From contig JASGHG010000001.1 of NCBI GenBank assembly GCA_047602425.1, positions 1,184,001-1,248,000 of the forward strand: a stretch of DNA of 64,000 nucleotides, given 5' to 3'. Positions 35,484 to 46,255 of this stretch are shown one piece after another. The DNA is from Nibricoccus sp. Lineage in GTDB: Bacteria > Verrucomicrobiota > Verrucomicrobiia > Opitutales > Opitutaceae. A model generated the notes under the pieces. The model worked only from the letters and a program-made list of their open reading frames with translations, did not search any database and was not told the DNA's origin. The stretch's first letter is position 1; every line of letters begins with the position of its first letter. The translations under genes and the position numbers were made by a program.

Positions 35484-37848
35484 CCCCCTCTGCGGGGTCA
35501 CTCGCCTTTTTATTACCCTTGTCGTCCTCGCCACCGCGAGCCTGCGCCTTTCCGCGCAATTACCTGCTACCGAGGAGAATGCGCAACCTTATAAAATTGG
35601 CACCATTGCCGTACGCTTCGTCGGCGTCGCCAACGTCAGTGAGCAGGTCGTCCGCGCAAACATGCAGATCCGCGAAGGCGCGGAGCTCAACGACACTTAC
35701 ATCGATCGCGATATTCGTTCTCTCTATAAGACCGGCCTTTTTGAGTTTATTGAAGTCAAACGCGAGGTGCTTCCTGACCGGGTGGTAAATCTCGCAGTCG
35801 AAGTCACCCCGAAATATCGCATCCTCACCGTCCGCTTTGAAGGAACCAAAAAGGTAAAGCCCCACCGCCTCGAAAAGGAAATCAAGAGCAAGACCAACGA
35901 GTCGCTTGATGAACGTCAGGTCAAAGAAGACGCCGAGAAGATCAAAGAATATTATCAGAAAAATGGCTACAACCAGGCGACCATCAACTACGTGGTCGAG
36001 CGCGATCGCACCACCGGCTTCGGCACGATCATCTTCAAGATCAACGAAGGCGCGAAGGTCAAAATCTCCGACATCCGCTTCATCGGAAACAACAACGTCA
36101 AAGCACACGTTCTTTGGGGCCACTTCGACGGTCCTCTGATCAAAGCCATGGAAACCCGCCGTTACTGGTGGCTTTCCTGGCTCACCGGCACTGGACGCCT
36201 GAAGGACGAAGTTTTTGAAGACGACCTCGACAAGCTCCGCGACTATTATCGCGAACAGGGTTACCTCGACGTCGAAATCCCGCAGGACAAAATCATTTAC
36301 GACTATCCCACGCCCAAAAAGCTCGTGCTCACCATCCAGATCGAGGAAGGTCGCCAGTACAAGGTGGGTGAGATTACTTTTACCGGCAACAAGCTCCATT
36401 CGTCGCGCATGCTGAAGCGTCTTGTGAAGCAGAAGACCGGCATGATTTTCACGCCTTCGAAAATCGATAAGGACGTTGAAACGCTCGAAGATTTTTACGG
36501 CAAGGACGGTTACCTCGAGACCCGCATCCATCCGAACCGCAAGCCCAACATTGCCACCGGCAACATCGATCTCGAATACGAGGTCAACGAAAGCGAAAAG
36601 TTCTACGTCGAATCCATTCACATCGAGGGCAACACCAAGACCAAGAGCCTCGTCATCCTCCGCGAACTGACCCTCGGCCCCGGCGAAGTCTTCAATTCCG
36701 TCCGCATGAAGATCAGTAAAATGCGTCTCGAAAACACGCGTTTCTTCAGCGACCAAAACCTTTCGCCAGAAACCACCAACATTCCGGGTCGCCGCAATCT
36801 TAAGGTCTCCGTAAAGGAAGACCGCACCGGCAATCTTTCTTTCGGCGCCGGTTATAGCTCGTTGGAGAAACTTGTTTTTTTCGCCGAAGTCACCCAGTCG
36901 AATTTCGACATCTTAAACCGCAAATCCTTCTTTCAAGGCGACGGTCAGAAATTTCGCCTCCGACTCCAGACCGGTTCTTACTCGAAGGAAATCACCCTCT
37001 CCTTTGAAGAACCTTGGGTGATGCAAAAGCAGTTGGCGCTGGGCTTCGAATTTTTTCACACCAGCAGCAACTACGACAATCAGTACTATAACCTGATGCG
37101 CACCGGCGGCACCGTTTACTTGCGGAAACGCCTTTTCGAACTCGTCGAAGGCACCCTCTCTTACACATTCGAAAAAGATAAAATTTCCGACGTCTCCAGC
37201 TCCAACATCACTGCGGCGACCAACAGCTCCTATCAAATCTCCAAAGTGGGCTTTCAACTTTTGCGCGACACCCGCGACAAAATCGTCAACACCACCAGCG
37301 GAAATCGTATCGAGTTTAACACCAATGTCGCCGGCGGTTACCTCAAGGGCGACCTCGATTATTACAGCCTCGAACTACGCACCTCGCAATTTCTTCCCAT
37401 CTTCGAGGCTCAAGAACAAGTCATCGCCATCATTGCCCGTGGTGGCGTCGTCAACGGTTATGGTCGCACCCGCGGCTACGAAAACTACTACTTCGAAGGT
37501 TTTTACCTCGGCGGCCCGTACTCGTTGCGCGGCTTTGAAAACCGCGACGTCGGTCCCAAAAATTCCGGCGGCTACCCTATCGGCGGCAAAAGCTACGGCT
37601 TCCTCAGCATCGAATACTCCGCCGATATCGTCAGCCCCGTCCGCTTCGCCATCTTCTACGACGCCGGCTTCGTCAACTTCGACGCCTACGACTTCAACCC
37701 CATCAACTATAACGACAATTTCGGCTTCGGTCTCCGCATGTTCGTTGCCGGCGCGCCTCTCAGTCTCGACTACGGCATTCCTCTCACGACGGATAAATAT
37801 AACAAAAAAGGCGGACAGTTTAACTTTTCATTCGGCACCCGTTTCTGA
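35464..37848 (+). CDS. bamA: Outer membrane protein assembly factor
   Basis: POTRA repeats, GNTKTK..VI.RE, TGNLSFGAGYSS, LRGF motif, C-terminal FSFGTRF. Start codon uncertain (TTG overlapping dnaB). Confidence 0.93.
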   Translation: MKTSPSNPLCGVTRLFITLVVLATASLRLSAQLPATEENAQPYKIGTIAVRFVGVANVSEQVVRANMQIREGAELNDTYIDRDIRSLYKTGLFEFIEVKREVLPDRVVNLAVEVTPKYRILTVRFEGTKKVKPHRLEKEIKSKTNESLDERQVKEDAEKIKEYYQKNGYNQATINYVVERDRTTGFGTIIFKINEGAKVKISDIRFIGNNNVKAHVLWGHFDGPLIKAMETRRYWWLSWLTGTGRLKDEVFEDDLDKLRDYYREQGYLDVEIPQDKIIYDYPTPKKLVLTIQIEEGRQYKVGEITFTGNKLHSSRMLKRLVKQKTGMIFTPSKIDKDVETLEDFYGKDGYLETRIHPNRKPNIATGNIDLEYEVNESEKFYVESIHIEGNTKTKSLVILRELTLGPGEVFNSVRMKISKMRLENTRFFSDQNLSPETTNIPGRRNLKVSVKEDRTGNLSFGAGYSSLEKLVFFAEVTQSNFDILNRKSFFQGDGQKFRLRLQTGSYSKEITLSFEEPWVMQKQLALGFEFFHTSSNYDNQYYNLMRTGGTVYLRKRLFELVEGTLSYTFEKDKISDVSSSNITAATNSSYQISKVGFQLLRDTRDKIVNTTSGNRIEFNTNVAGGYLKGDLDYYSLELRTSQFLPIFEAQEQVIAIIARGGVVNGYGRTRGYENYYFEGFYLGGPYSLRGFENRDVGPKNSGGYPIGGKSYGFLSIEYSADIVSPVRFAIFYDAGFVNFDAYDFNPINYNDNFGFGLRMFVAGAPLSLDYGIPLTTDKYNKKGGQFNFSFGTRF

Positions 37849-37882
37849 TCTAGTCACCCCTTCACTCTCCTAAACCACCTCT

Positions 37883-38554
37883 ATGAAGACATCGTTCAAA
37901 ACCCTCCTGGCCCTCGCGGCCGTCAGCGCCACTGCGCTGATCAGTCAGGCCCAAACAGCCCCAAAAATTCTTGTCCTCGACATAGGCAAGGCCTTCCAAA
38001 GCCACTACAAAACGGCTGAGATGGACGAGTCTCTTAAGGGCGATCAACAAAAAGCCCAACAGGAATACACCGCCAAGGAAAAGGAACTCGTCGACCTCTC
38101 CGAAAAGATCAAGGGCCTTGACGAACAGACCAAGAATCCCGCCCTCACCAAGGAAGCCCAAGCCAAGATCATGGCCGATGGCGAAAAGTTGGTTCAGGAT
38201 TTCCAAGGCAAACAGCAGGAGCTCCAGGCTTTCGCCAATGACGCCCGCCGCAAGATCGGTGAAAAACAACAGAACATCACCAATCTTCTGATCGAAGACA
38301 TCACCAAAAAAGGTCAGGAAATCGGCAAGAAGCGTGGCGCCGATCTCGTTCTCCCGAAGAACACCATCGTCTTCAGCAACCCGGCTTGGGAAATCACCGA
38401 CGAGGTGATCGCCGAAATCAACAAAGACAAACCCGCCGGCGCTCCCGCCGCCAAGCCCACCGCCGCCGCTCCGGCTCCCGCCGCGAAGCCCGCCGGTCAG
38501 GCCCCCGCCGCTGAAGGCGCTCCCACGATCGTCTTCCCTGGTGCCAAGAAATAA
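37883..38554 (+). CDS. skp: OmpH/Skp periplasmic chaperone
   Basis: Signal peptide, KI.VLD, coiled coil, ADLVL...ITDEVI. Located between bamA and lpxD. Confidence 0.85.
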   Translation: MKTSFKTLLALAAVSATALISQAQTAPKILVLDIGKAFQSHYKTAEMDESLKGDQQKAQQEYTAKEKELVDLSEKIKGLDEQTKNPALTKEAQAKIMADGEKLVQDFQGKQQELQAFANDARRKIGEKQQNITNLLIEDITKKGQEIGKKRGADLVLPKNTIVFSNPAWEITDEVIAEINKDKPAGAPAAKPTAAAPAPAAKPAGQAPAAEGAPTIVFPGAKK

Positions 38555-38579
38555 GCTTCTCGCAATACGACTCTCCTTC

Positions 38580-38609
38580 AAACCCTGCTCCTTCGAGCGG
38601 GGTTTTTTT
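38580..38609 (+). terminator. Intrinsic terminator after skp
   Basis: AAACCCTGCTC-CTTC-GAGCGGGGTTTTTTT. Confidence 0.7.
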
Positions 38610-38666
38610 GTGCCCGGAGGCCGCTGCGCCATTGCCATGCAAGCCAAGCCCTGCACGCTGCGCACC

Positions 38667-39698
38667 ATGGAGTTTTCCTTCACCGCCGCTGAAATCACCG
38701 CCCTCGTCCAAGCAACCAATACCCGTGGCTCGACCACCGAGACGCTTCGAGGCATAGCCTCCCTCAACTCCGCGCGGCCCGGAGACGTTTCCTTCCTCGG
38801 CAACCCCAAATACAAACCTGAGGTCGCCGCCACCGCCGCCTCCGTCGTTCTTCTTCCGCTCGATTACGTTGGAGATCCCAAGCCCAACCAGCTCTTTCTT
38901 CTGCTGGAAAAACCCTCCGTGGGTCTCGCACTTCTCTGCGCCCGCGTCGAACAACTCCTTTGGCCCAAACCCACTCCCGGCGTCCATCCTTCGGCGATCG
39001 TCGCTCCCGACGTTAAAATCCCCGCCTCGGCCACCGTTGGCCCGCTTTGCGTGATCGAGTCCGGCGCCGTCATCGGGGAACGCGCCCATCTTCAAGCCCA
39101 CGTCTTCATCGGACGCAACGCGCGCCTCGGCACCGATTGTTGGCTCAAATCGAATGTCGTCATCGCCACCGAATGCATTTTGCACAACCGTGTGCACATC
39201 CACCCTGGCGCCGTTATCGGTGCTGACGGTTTCGGCTACGATTTCGTCGCCGGTCGCCATGCAAAAGTCCCTCAAGTCGGTCGCGTCGTCATCCACGATG
39301 ACGTCGAAATCGGCGCCAATACGACCCTCGATCGCGCCCGTTTTTCCGAAACCGTCGTCGGTGAAGGCACGAAAATCGACAACCTCGTCCAAATCGGCCA
39401 CAACGTCGTCATTGGCAAACATTGCTTGATTTGCGCCCAAGCGGGCATCTCAGGCAGTAGCATTGTGGAGGACTACGTCGTCATCGGTGGTCAGGCCGGT
39501 CTCGCCGGACACCTGACCGTGGGACGCGGCTGTAAAATCGATGGCCAGACCGGCGTGAATTCCGATCTCGAACCCGGAACCTCCGTCAAAGGTTCTCCCT
39601 GCCTGCCCTATTCCCTCGAACAACGCGTCAACGTCCTCCGCAAGCGCCTTCCCGAACTCTTCAAACGCGTCGACGCCCTCGAGGAGAAGCTAAAATAA
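38667..39698 (+). CDS. lpxD: UDP-3-O-acyl-glucosamine N-acyltransferase
   Basis: SFLGNPKY, hexapeptide repeats, [32 protein letters not shown]. Start MEFSFT. Confidence 0.95.
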   Translation: MEFSFTAAEITALVQATNTRGSTTETLRGIASLNSARPGDVSFLGNPKYKPEVAATAASVVLLPLDYVGDPKPNQLFLLLEKPSVGLALLCARVEQLLWPKPTPGVHPSAIVAPDVKIPASATVGPLCVIESGAVIGERAHLQAHVFIGRNARLGTDCWLKSNVVIATECILHNRVHIHPGAVIGADGFGYDFVAGRHAKVPQVGRVVIHDDVEIGANTTLDRARFSETVVGEGTKIDNLVQIGHNVVIGKHCLICAQAGISGSSIVEDYVVIGGQAGLAGHLTVGRGCKIDGQTGVNSDLEPGTSVKGSPCLPYSLEQRVNVLRKRLPELFKRVDALEEKLK

Positions 39699-39738
39699 AC
39701 TTCCGCCACGCCCAAATTCATCGCAACGTTTCCGTCAC

Positions 39739-40689
39739 ATGAGCAAACGACCAGGCTTGAACATTTTTACGGGCAACTCCAACCGCCCGTTGGCTGAAGA
39801 AATCTGCAAGAGCATCGGCATCGATCTCGGCGAAGCCACTGTCACCAGTTTTCCCGATGGCGAATCGTTCGTCAAAATCAACGACAACGTCCGCGGCAGC
39901 GACGTCTATCTGATCCAGTCGACCTGCCCTCCGACGAATCATCACCTGATGGAGTTGCTCATCATGATCGACGCTGCCAAACGCGCGTCGGCCAATCGCA
40001 TCACCGCCGTCATTCCGTTCTACGGTTATGCCCGCCAGGATCGCAAGGATCAGCCCCGCGTGCCCATCACCGCGAAGCTCGTCGCCAATTTGCTCACCGC
40101 CGCCGGCGCCAATCGCGTTCTCACAATGGATCTGCACAGTCAGCAAATCCAGGGCTTCTTCGACATCCCCGTCGACCACCTCTACGCGTCACCTGTTTTT
40201 TTCAATTACCTCAACAAGCTCAACAAGGACAACCTCGTCGTCTGCTCGCCTGACGTCGGCGGAATGAAAATGGCGGCCGCGTACGCCGACACCATTGGCG
40301 CTGGTCTCGCCCTCGTTGCGAAAAAACGCACGAACGCCACCACGGTTTCCGCCATCAACGTCGTGGGTGAAGTCAAAGACCGCGACATTCTCCTCGTCGA
40401 CGACATTACCGAAACCGCCGGCACGTTGACCGCCTCGGCCAAACTGCTCCGCGAGCATGGTGCCCGCAGCATCCGCGCCGCCGTCAGTCACTGCATTCTC
40501 AACGACGTCGCCGTCACCCGCCTGAAAAGCGGCCTCATCGACGAACTGATCACCACCAACTCGACGCCGATCGACACCAAGGGTCTGCCGATCACCGTGC
40601 TCAGCATCGCCGAGTTGCTCGGTCAGGCGATCATGCGCATCCACCAGAACGAAAGCGTCACCAGCCTTTTCAAAATCAAGGGCTTCTAG
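39739..40689 (+). CDS. prs: Ribose-phosphate pyrophosphokinase
   Basis: FPDGE, PFYGYARQDRK, DLHSQQIQGFF, SPDVGG, LVDDITETAGT. Confidence 0.96.
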   Translation: MSKRPGLNIFTGNSNRPLAEEICKSIGIDLGEATVTSFPDGESFVKINDNVRGSDVYLIQSTCPPTNHHLMELLIMIDAAKRASANRITAVIPFYGYARQDRKDQPRVPITAKLVANLLTAAGANRVLTMDLHSQQIQGFFDIPVDHLYASPVFFNYLNKLNKDNLVVCSPDVGGMKMAAAYADTIGAGLALVAKKRTNATTVSAINVVGEVKDRDILLVDDITETAGTLTASAKLLREHGARSIRAAVSHCILNDVAVTRLKSGLIDELITTNSTPIDTKGLPITVLSIAELLGQAIMRIHQNESVTSLFKIKGF

Positions 40690-40770
40690 GCGGCTCCGCT
40701 TGCCATGGAGGGCGACGCAATCGTCGCCGGCGAGACGTCATCATTTTTTGGATACGTTTAAAACTCCCGC

Positions 40771-42207
40771 ATGAAATCCACACTCACGTTTGGACTGCTT
40801 GCCTTCGCCCTCGCATTCTCCCCGGATGTTCGCGCCGCCGTCATTAAGGAACCAACTCCTACGACCATAAAACGGCCGGAGGCGGTCCGTCCCACGCTCA
40901 ACATCGATCCTGCGCCGGTGACCGACGGCAAGGCTCCTGTCGTCGCAAGTTATGCCGATGTTATCGAGCCCGTGCAAAAGGCGGTTGTCTCCGTCTACGC
41001 TACCAAGTTCGTCCGCGAGCGCCTCCCGGCAAATCCTTTCTTCCGCCCTTTCTTCGGCGATCAAGTGCCCGCTCGCGAATCGAAAGAACAAGGTCTCGGC
41101 TCCGGCGTCATCGTTTCCCCGAACGGTTATATTCTAACCAACAACCATGTCATAGAGGGCGCCGACGAACTCAGCGTCGCGCTTCCGGAAGGGCGGGAAT
41201 TCCGCGCCCGCCTCGTCGGCACCGATCCAAAGACCGATATCGCCGTCCTCAAAATCGACGCCGAAAATCTGCCCACCCTGACTCTCGCCGACAGCGAGAA
41301 ACTTCGGGTCGGCGATATTGTTTTCGCCGTCGGCAATCCACTCGGTATCGGCCAGACCGTCACCATGGGCATTGTTTCCGCGAAAGGCCGCAACAATCTC
41401 GGTCTCCTCGGAAACGTCCATGGCTACGAGGATTTCATTCAAACCGATGCCGCCATCAACGTCGGCAATTCCGGTGGCGCGCTCGTCGACGCCAAGGGCC
41501 GCCTCGTCGGCATCAATAGCGCCATCGTCTCCACCACTCGCGGCAACATTGGCATTGGCCTCGCGATCCCCGTGAACCTCGCGGCCAGCATCATGAACAG
41601 CCTGATAGAGACAGGTTCGGTCACTCGCGGCTACCTGGGAATTTCCGTCGATCCCGTCAGCCCGGAGGTCGCGGAAACCCTCGGCCTGAAAAAGGATACC
41701 CGCGCCGTCACCATCACCCAGGTTAATCCCGGCAGCCCGGCCGAGCAGGCTGGTCTCAAACGCTACGACGTACTTCTTTCGATCAACGAAAAGCCCATCA
41801 CTTCGATCGAAGATTTGCGCCTGCTCGTTGCGAAGTTGCCACCCGAAACAGAAATTACCGCCAAAATCCTGCGCAATGGCCGGGAACTTTCCGTCAAGGC
41901 CCGCCTCGGCCGCCTCGTCGACGACAACGTGATCAACGAATTGTTGCCCGGAGTCGAAGTCATGCGGCTCACCGACGAACTTCGCCAGCGTCTCAATTTG
42001 AGCAACCAGCTCGAAGGCCTTCTTGTCACCAACGTCGACGCGAAATCGCCTCACGCCAACGTTGTAGTCCCCAACATGATCATTCTTGAGATCAATCGCA
42101 TGCCCGTGACCGATCTCGAGACAGCCCGCCAGCTCCTGCAGCCCGGCCGCAATCTTCTTTTCGTCTACAACCGCGGTTACCTTCGCTACCTCGTAGTCAC
42201 GAAATAG
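40771..42207 (+). CDS. Do/DegP (HtrA)-family serine endoprotease with PDZ domains
   Basis: GSGVIV, TNNHV, TDIAVLKI, IQTDAAINVGNSGG, RGYLGI. Confidence 0.93.
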   Translation: MKSTLTFGLLAFALAFSPDVRAAVIKEPTPTTIKRPEAVRPTLNIDPAPVTDGKAPVVASYADVIEPVQKAVVSVYATKFVRERLPANPFFRPFFGDQVPARESKEQGLGSGVIVSPNGYILTNNHVIEGADELSVALPEGREFRARLVGTDPKTDIAVLKIDAENLPTLTLADSEKLRVGDIVFAVGNPLGIGQTVTMGIVSAKGRNNLGLLGNVHGYEDFIQTDAAINVGNSGGALVDAKGRLVGINSAIVSTTRGNIGIGLAIPVNLAASIMNSLIETGSVTRGYLGISVDPVSPEVAETLGLKKDTRAVTITQVNPGSPAEQAGLKRYDVLLSINEKPITSIEDLRLLVAKLPPETEITAKILRNGRELSVKARLGRLVDDNVINELLPGVEVMRLTDELRQRLNLSNQLEGLLVTNVDAKSPHANVVVPNMIILEINRMPVTDLETARQLLQPGRNLLFVYNRGYLRYLVVTK

Positions 42208-42639
42208 GACGAAATCGAAGAACCAAAGGGTGAATTCCTTTTCCAGTTGAGGTTCTTTTTGGCGGATAAAAACCAATCGGTAGCGCCAAAACGCAGCGAT
42301 GAACACACCGATAAATCTTGGTCGGTTGCTATCCTGTACTACCGCTAATAGCCCCTATTAGCGAAAACTAGATCCACCACTGCGCCAATTTTAAATGCAC
42401 TTATTATTGTAGGTAAAAAACTTACAGAATCGTTAAAAATTTGTGAGCTCCTAAAGTTGATTATTTGCAAATTTTTTGCAATTAGTATGCCCGCAACCCC
42501 TACCCCAGCTCGGAAAATACCCCAGCCAGTTTTTCAGCGAAAAAGCCGCCCCTTTGTTTCTGTTCACACCACGTTGTTAGCACTCACGCTAGCCGCTTGT
42601 ATGAAAGTACATACAAAGAACCCTCAACCCCAAAAATCC

Positions 42640-43866
42640 ATGCTTCAGACCTCAAAACGACTGCCCACTCTCGCCACTGTTACCCTTTTTGCTCTTCTGC
42701 AAACCACAGCTTCGGCCGCGACTTGGTACGTGGCCACCACCGGTAGCGATTCGAACGCCGGCACGCTGGCCGCGCCTTTCAAGTCCATCACCAAAGCCCA
42801 GACCGCCGCCGCCTCGGGCGACACGGTGCTGATTCGCGGTGGCACGTACAATAGTTTCACCATCGCCGCTTCGGACAGCACGTACAACTACGTCCACGTT
42901 CTCAGCAAGGCCAACGTCACTTATGGCGCCTACAACGGTGAAGTGCCGATTTTTAATTTTTCCAGCATTTCAACTTCGCTGCGTGTCTGCGGTTTTCGTA
43001 TTACAGGCTCGGGCATTATTCTCAACAGCCTTGTGGTGACCGGCGTCCCGGTCGGCAGCCAGAAACAATCCGAAGCCTTCCGCATCGATGGCAGCGCCGC
43101 GAGTTGCACCTTCAACAAATGCGTCGCCCGCGACAATGCCGCCAACGGTTTCTATTTCACCAACAAATCCACCGGCACCTGCAACAACTGCGACGCCTAC
43201 AACAACGTTGGGCCAACCAGCACTTCGATTGGTAATACCGATGGGTTCGGTGCGCACGGCAATGGCGTGACGTTCAACTATTGCCGCTCCTGGCATAACA
43301 GCGACGACGGCTACGATTGCATCGCTTCCTATGGCGCCAACACTTTCAACCATTGCTGGGCTTACGACATGACCGCTGGTGGCGACTCCAACGGTTTCAA
43401 AATCGGCGGCTGGGGCACTACCACGCCTCCGAGTTCGGTGCCCGTTCACACCGTCAAATATTGCCTCGCGGCCAACAACAACGCCCATGGTTTCTACGCC
43501 AATCACCAGCCCGGCCAGTCGGCCAATTGGACTAACAACACCGCCTACAACAACAAGGCCGCCAACTATGACATGCTTGAGCGTGTGAGCGTCACCGATG
43601 CCACCGACATTGCCGGCACCCGAGAAGTGCTTCACTACAACATCGCCTTTACTGGCACGACCATCATCAACGACAACAACCCCGCCGCCAATAAAACCAA
43701 TAACTCCTGGACCAAGAGCGGCGTGACTGTTTCCTCGGCCGATTTCCAAAGCACCGATGCCAGCCAGATGACGAGCACCCGTCCCTCCGGCAACCCCAAT
43801 TTGCCGGTGATCACCTTCATGAATCTCGTCAGCGGCAGCGATCTCACAGGCATGGGCTGCTTCTAA
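42640..43866 (+). CDS. Secreted right-handed beta-helix protein, PL9-like pectate lyase, copy 1
   Basis: YVATTGSDSNAGT..PFKSI, GDTV..RGGTY, GNTDGFG, NSDDGYD, GDSNGFKIGG (PL9 catalytic Lys context). Start MLQTSK. Confidence 0.8.
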   Translation: MLQTSKRLPTLATVTLFALLQTTASAATWYVATTGSDSNAGTLAAPFKSITKAQTAAASGDTVLIRGGTYNSFTIAASDSTYNYVHVLSKANVTYGAYNGEVPIFNFSSISTSLRVCGFRITGSGIILNSLVVTGVPVGSQKQSEAFRIDGSAASCTFNKCVARDNAANGFYFTNKSTGTCNNCDAYNNVGPTSTSIGNTDGFGAHGNGVTFNYCRSWHNSDDGYDCIASYGANTFNHCWAYDMTAGGDSNGFKIGGWGTTTPPSSVPVHTVKYCLAANNNAHGFYANHQPGQSANWTNNTAYNNKAANYDMLERVSVTDATDIAGTREVLHYNIAFTGTTIINDNNPAANKTNNSWTKSGVTVSSADFQSTDASQMTSTRPSGNPNLPVITFMNLVSGSDLTGMGCF

Positions 43867-43893
43867 GATATTGTCCCACCCACACTAACCCCG

Positions 43894-43927
43894 GCCGGGG
43901 GTGCGCTGAGCACCTCCGGTTTTTTTT
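43894..43927 (+). terminator. Intrinsic terminator between the two PL9-like genes
   Basis: GCCGGGGGTGC-GCTGA-GCACCTCCGGT followed by T7. Confidence 0.7.
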
Positions 43928-44112
43928 GTCATCAAAAAATCACCAGTCACCGCATTTGATTTTCCGATCGTTGCCATTTGATTCACCGCCTACCCGCCAC
44001 ACCCGCTGCCGCGAATCCCCCTTTGTAATCGGCAACACGTTTTTGCTTTCGCCTTTTTCCGCCGGCAACCCCGCCGACGGTCCACAACAACCACATAAAA
44101 GAACCATACCCC

Positions 44113-45348
44113 ATGTCTGCAATGCGTCACACCACCAAGCGTCTGCCAGCCCTCGCCGCGGCAGCGCTCTTCGTCCTGCTACAAACCGCGGCCTCCGCCG
44201 CCACTTGGTACGTCGCCACCACCGGGAGCGATTCCAACGCCGGCACCAGCTCCGCGCCGTTCAAGTCCATCACTAAAGCCCAATCGGCCGCCGCCTCTGG
44301 CGATACGGTTTATGTCCGCGGCGGCACCTACAGCAGCTTCACCGTTGCCGCTTCCGACAGCACCTATAACTACGTGCACGTCCTAAATAAAGCGAATATC
44401 ACCTATGCAGCCTACGGCACCGAAGTGCCGACCTTCAACTTCTCCAGCGTTTCCACCTCGCTCCGCGTGTGCGGATTCCGTGTCACCGGCTCGGGCATCA
44501 CCATCAACGGTTTTGTTGTGACCGGGACGCCCGTCGGCAGCCAGAAACAATCCGAATGCTTCCGCATCGATGGCAGCGCCGCGAGTTGCACGTTCAACAA
44601 ATGCGTCTGCCGCGACAATGCAGCCAATGGCTTTTACTACACGAACAAGTCGTCAGGTACAGTCAATAACTGCGACGCGTACAATAACATTGGCACGAGC
44701 AGCACGTCTGTTGGGAATACCGATGGGTTCGGCGCGCACGGCAATGGCGTGACTTTCAACTACTGCCGCTCCTGGCACAACAGCGACGACGGCTACGATT
44801 GCATCGCTTCCTATGGCGCAAATACCTTCAACCATTGCTGGGCCTACAACATGACGGCCGGCGGCGACTCGAACGGTTTCAAAATCGGCGGCTGGGGCAC
44901 TTCGACGCCACCCAGTTCCGTGCCGGTCCACACCGTCAAATACTGCCTCTCGGCCAGCAACAACTCGAACGGTTTTTACGCCAATCATCAGCCCGGCCAG
45001 TCCGCCAATTGGACTTACAACACCTCGTACAACAACAAAAGCGCCAACTACAACATGCTCGAGCGTGTGAGCGTGACCGATGCCACCGATATCGCCGGCA
45101 CCCGCGAAGTATTCCACTACAATATCGCTTTCACCGGCACCACGATCTCGAATGATAACAATCCCGCGGCCAACAAGACCAACAACTCCTGGACCAAGAG
45201 CGGCGTCACAGTCTCCTCAGCCGATTTCCAAAGCACCACGGCCAGCCAAATGACCAATGCACGCGGCACTGGTTCGCCCAATTTGCCCACTATCACCTTC
45301 ATGCACCTCGTGAGCGGCAGCGACCTCACCGGCATGGGCTGCTTCTGA
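44113..45348 (+). CDS. Secreted right-handed beta-helix protein, PL9-like pectate lyase, copy 2
   Basis: Near-identical paralogue of 42640-43866 with the same motifs and the same C terminus (SGSDLTGMGCF). Confidence 0.8.
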   Translation: MSAMRHTTKRLPALAAAALFVLLQTAASAATWYVATTGSDSNAGTSSAPFKSITKAQSAAASGDTVYVRGGTYSSFTVAASDSTYNYVHVLNKANITYAAYGTEVPTFNFSSVSTSLRVCGFRVTGSGITINGFVVTGTPVGSQKQSECFRIDGSAASCTFNKCVCRDNAANGFYYTNKSSGTVNNCDAYNNIGTSSTSVGNTDGFGAHGNGVTFNYCRSWHNSDDGYDCIASYGANTFNHCWAYNMTAGGDSNGFKIGGWGTSTPPSSVPVHTVKYCLSASNNSNGFYANHQPGQSANWTYNTSYNNKSANYNMLERVSVTDATDIAGTREVFHYNIAFTGTTISNDNNPAANKTNNSWTKSGVTVSSADFQSTTASQMTNARGTGSPNLPTITFMHLVSGSDLTGMGCF

Positions 45349-45424
45349 GCATACATAAAACGAACCTCTGTTGACCATCTTCAGCCGGGGCCGCTTACCG
45401 TCGTACGTCCCCGGCTTTTTACTT

Positions 45425-46228
45425 ATGAAACGCGCCCGCTCTCTTCCCCTCCTGTTTGCCTTCTGTGTTATTAGTACTGTTGTATGTTTCGGTCAGAAAC
45501 TTCCGCAGGAAGCCCGGCCCCAGGCGCTCAGCCTCGATCTTGGCGGCGGCATCATGATGGATTTCGTCCTCATCCCTGCGGGCAGTTTCCTCATGGGCGG
45601 CGATGAAAACTCCGGCGATGGCGACGAATACCCTGCCCACAAAGTCATTTTCTCAAGACCCTTTTACCTCGGCAAATACGAGGTCACTCAGGAGCAATGG
45701 TCGCTCCTTATGGGCAAAAACCCAAGCCAGTTTAAAGGGCCAAAGCTTCCCGTGGAAACCGTCAGCTGGAATGACTGCCAGATTTTCCTTTCCCGGCTCG
45801 CCGAAAAGACCGGCCGCCACGCGGTCCTGCCCACCGAAGCTCAATGGGAGTACGCCTGCCGCGCGGGGACTTCCTCTTCCTGGTTCCACGGCGTCTCCGA
45901 CCGGCTCGCCGCCGATTATGCCTGGTATGGCGAGAATTCCGAAAACAAAACCCACCCCGTAGGGCTAAAGAAACCAAATCCGTGGGGACTTTACGACATG
46001 ACTGGCAATGTCTGGGAATGGTGCGCGGATTTTTACCAAAAACACGCGTATACAAAGGGCGAAGCCATCGATCCCACGGGTCCAGCGAAGGGCGAAGCCC
46101 GCATCACTCGCGGCGGCGCCTGGGGTGATAATACCGAATTACTGCGCTCCTCCGCCCGCAATTGCGCGGGCCCTGAAATCGCAAACCAAGGCCTAGGTCT
46201 AAGGTGCGCGATTCTCCTTCCAGACTGA
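45425..46228 (+). CDS. FGE-sulfatase (SUMF1)-domain protein
   Basis: IPAGSFLMG, KYEVTQ, PVETVSWND, LPTEAQWEYACRAG, NPWGLYDMTGNVWEWC, RGGAW. Confidence 0.88.
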   Translation: MKRARSLPLLFAFCVISTVVCFGQKLPQEARPQALSLDLGGGIMMDFVLIPAGSFLMGGDENSGDGDEYPAHKVIFSRPFYLGKYEVTQEQWSLLMGKNPSQFKGPKLPVETVSWNDCQIFLSRLAEKTGRHAVLPTEAQWEYACRAGTSSSWFHGVSDRLAADYAWYGENSENKTHPVGLKKPNPWGLYDMTGNVWEWCADFYQKHAYTKGEAIDPTGPAKGEARITRGGAWGDNTELLRSSARNCAGPEIANQGLGLRCAILLPD

Positions 46229-46255
46229 TCTTGTTTTTAAAATCCCACGCGAGAT

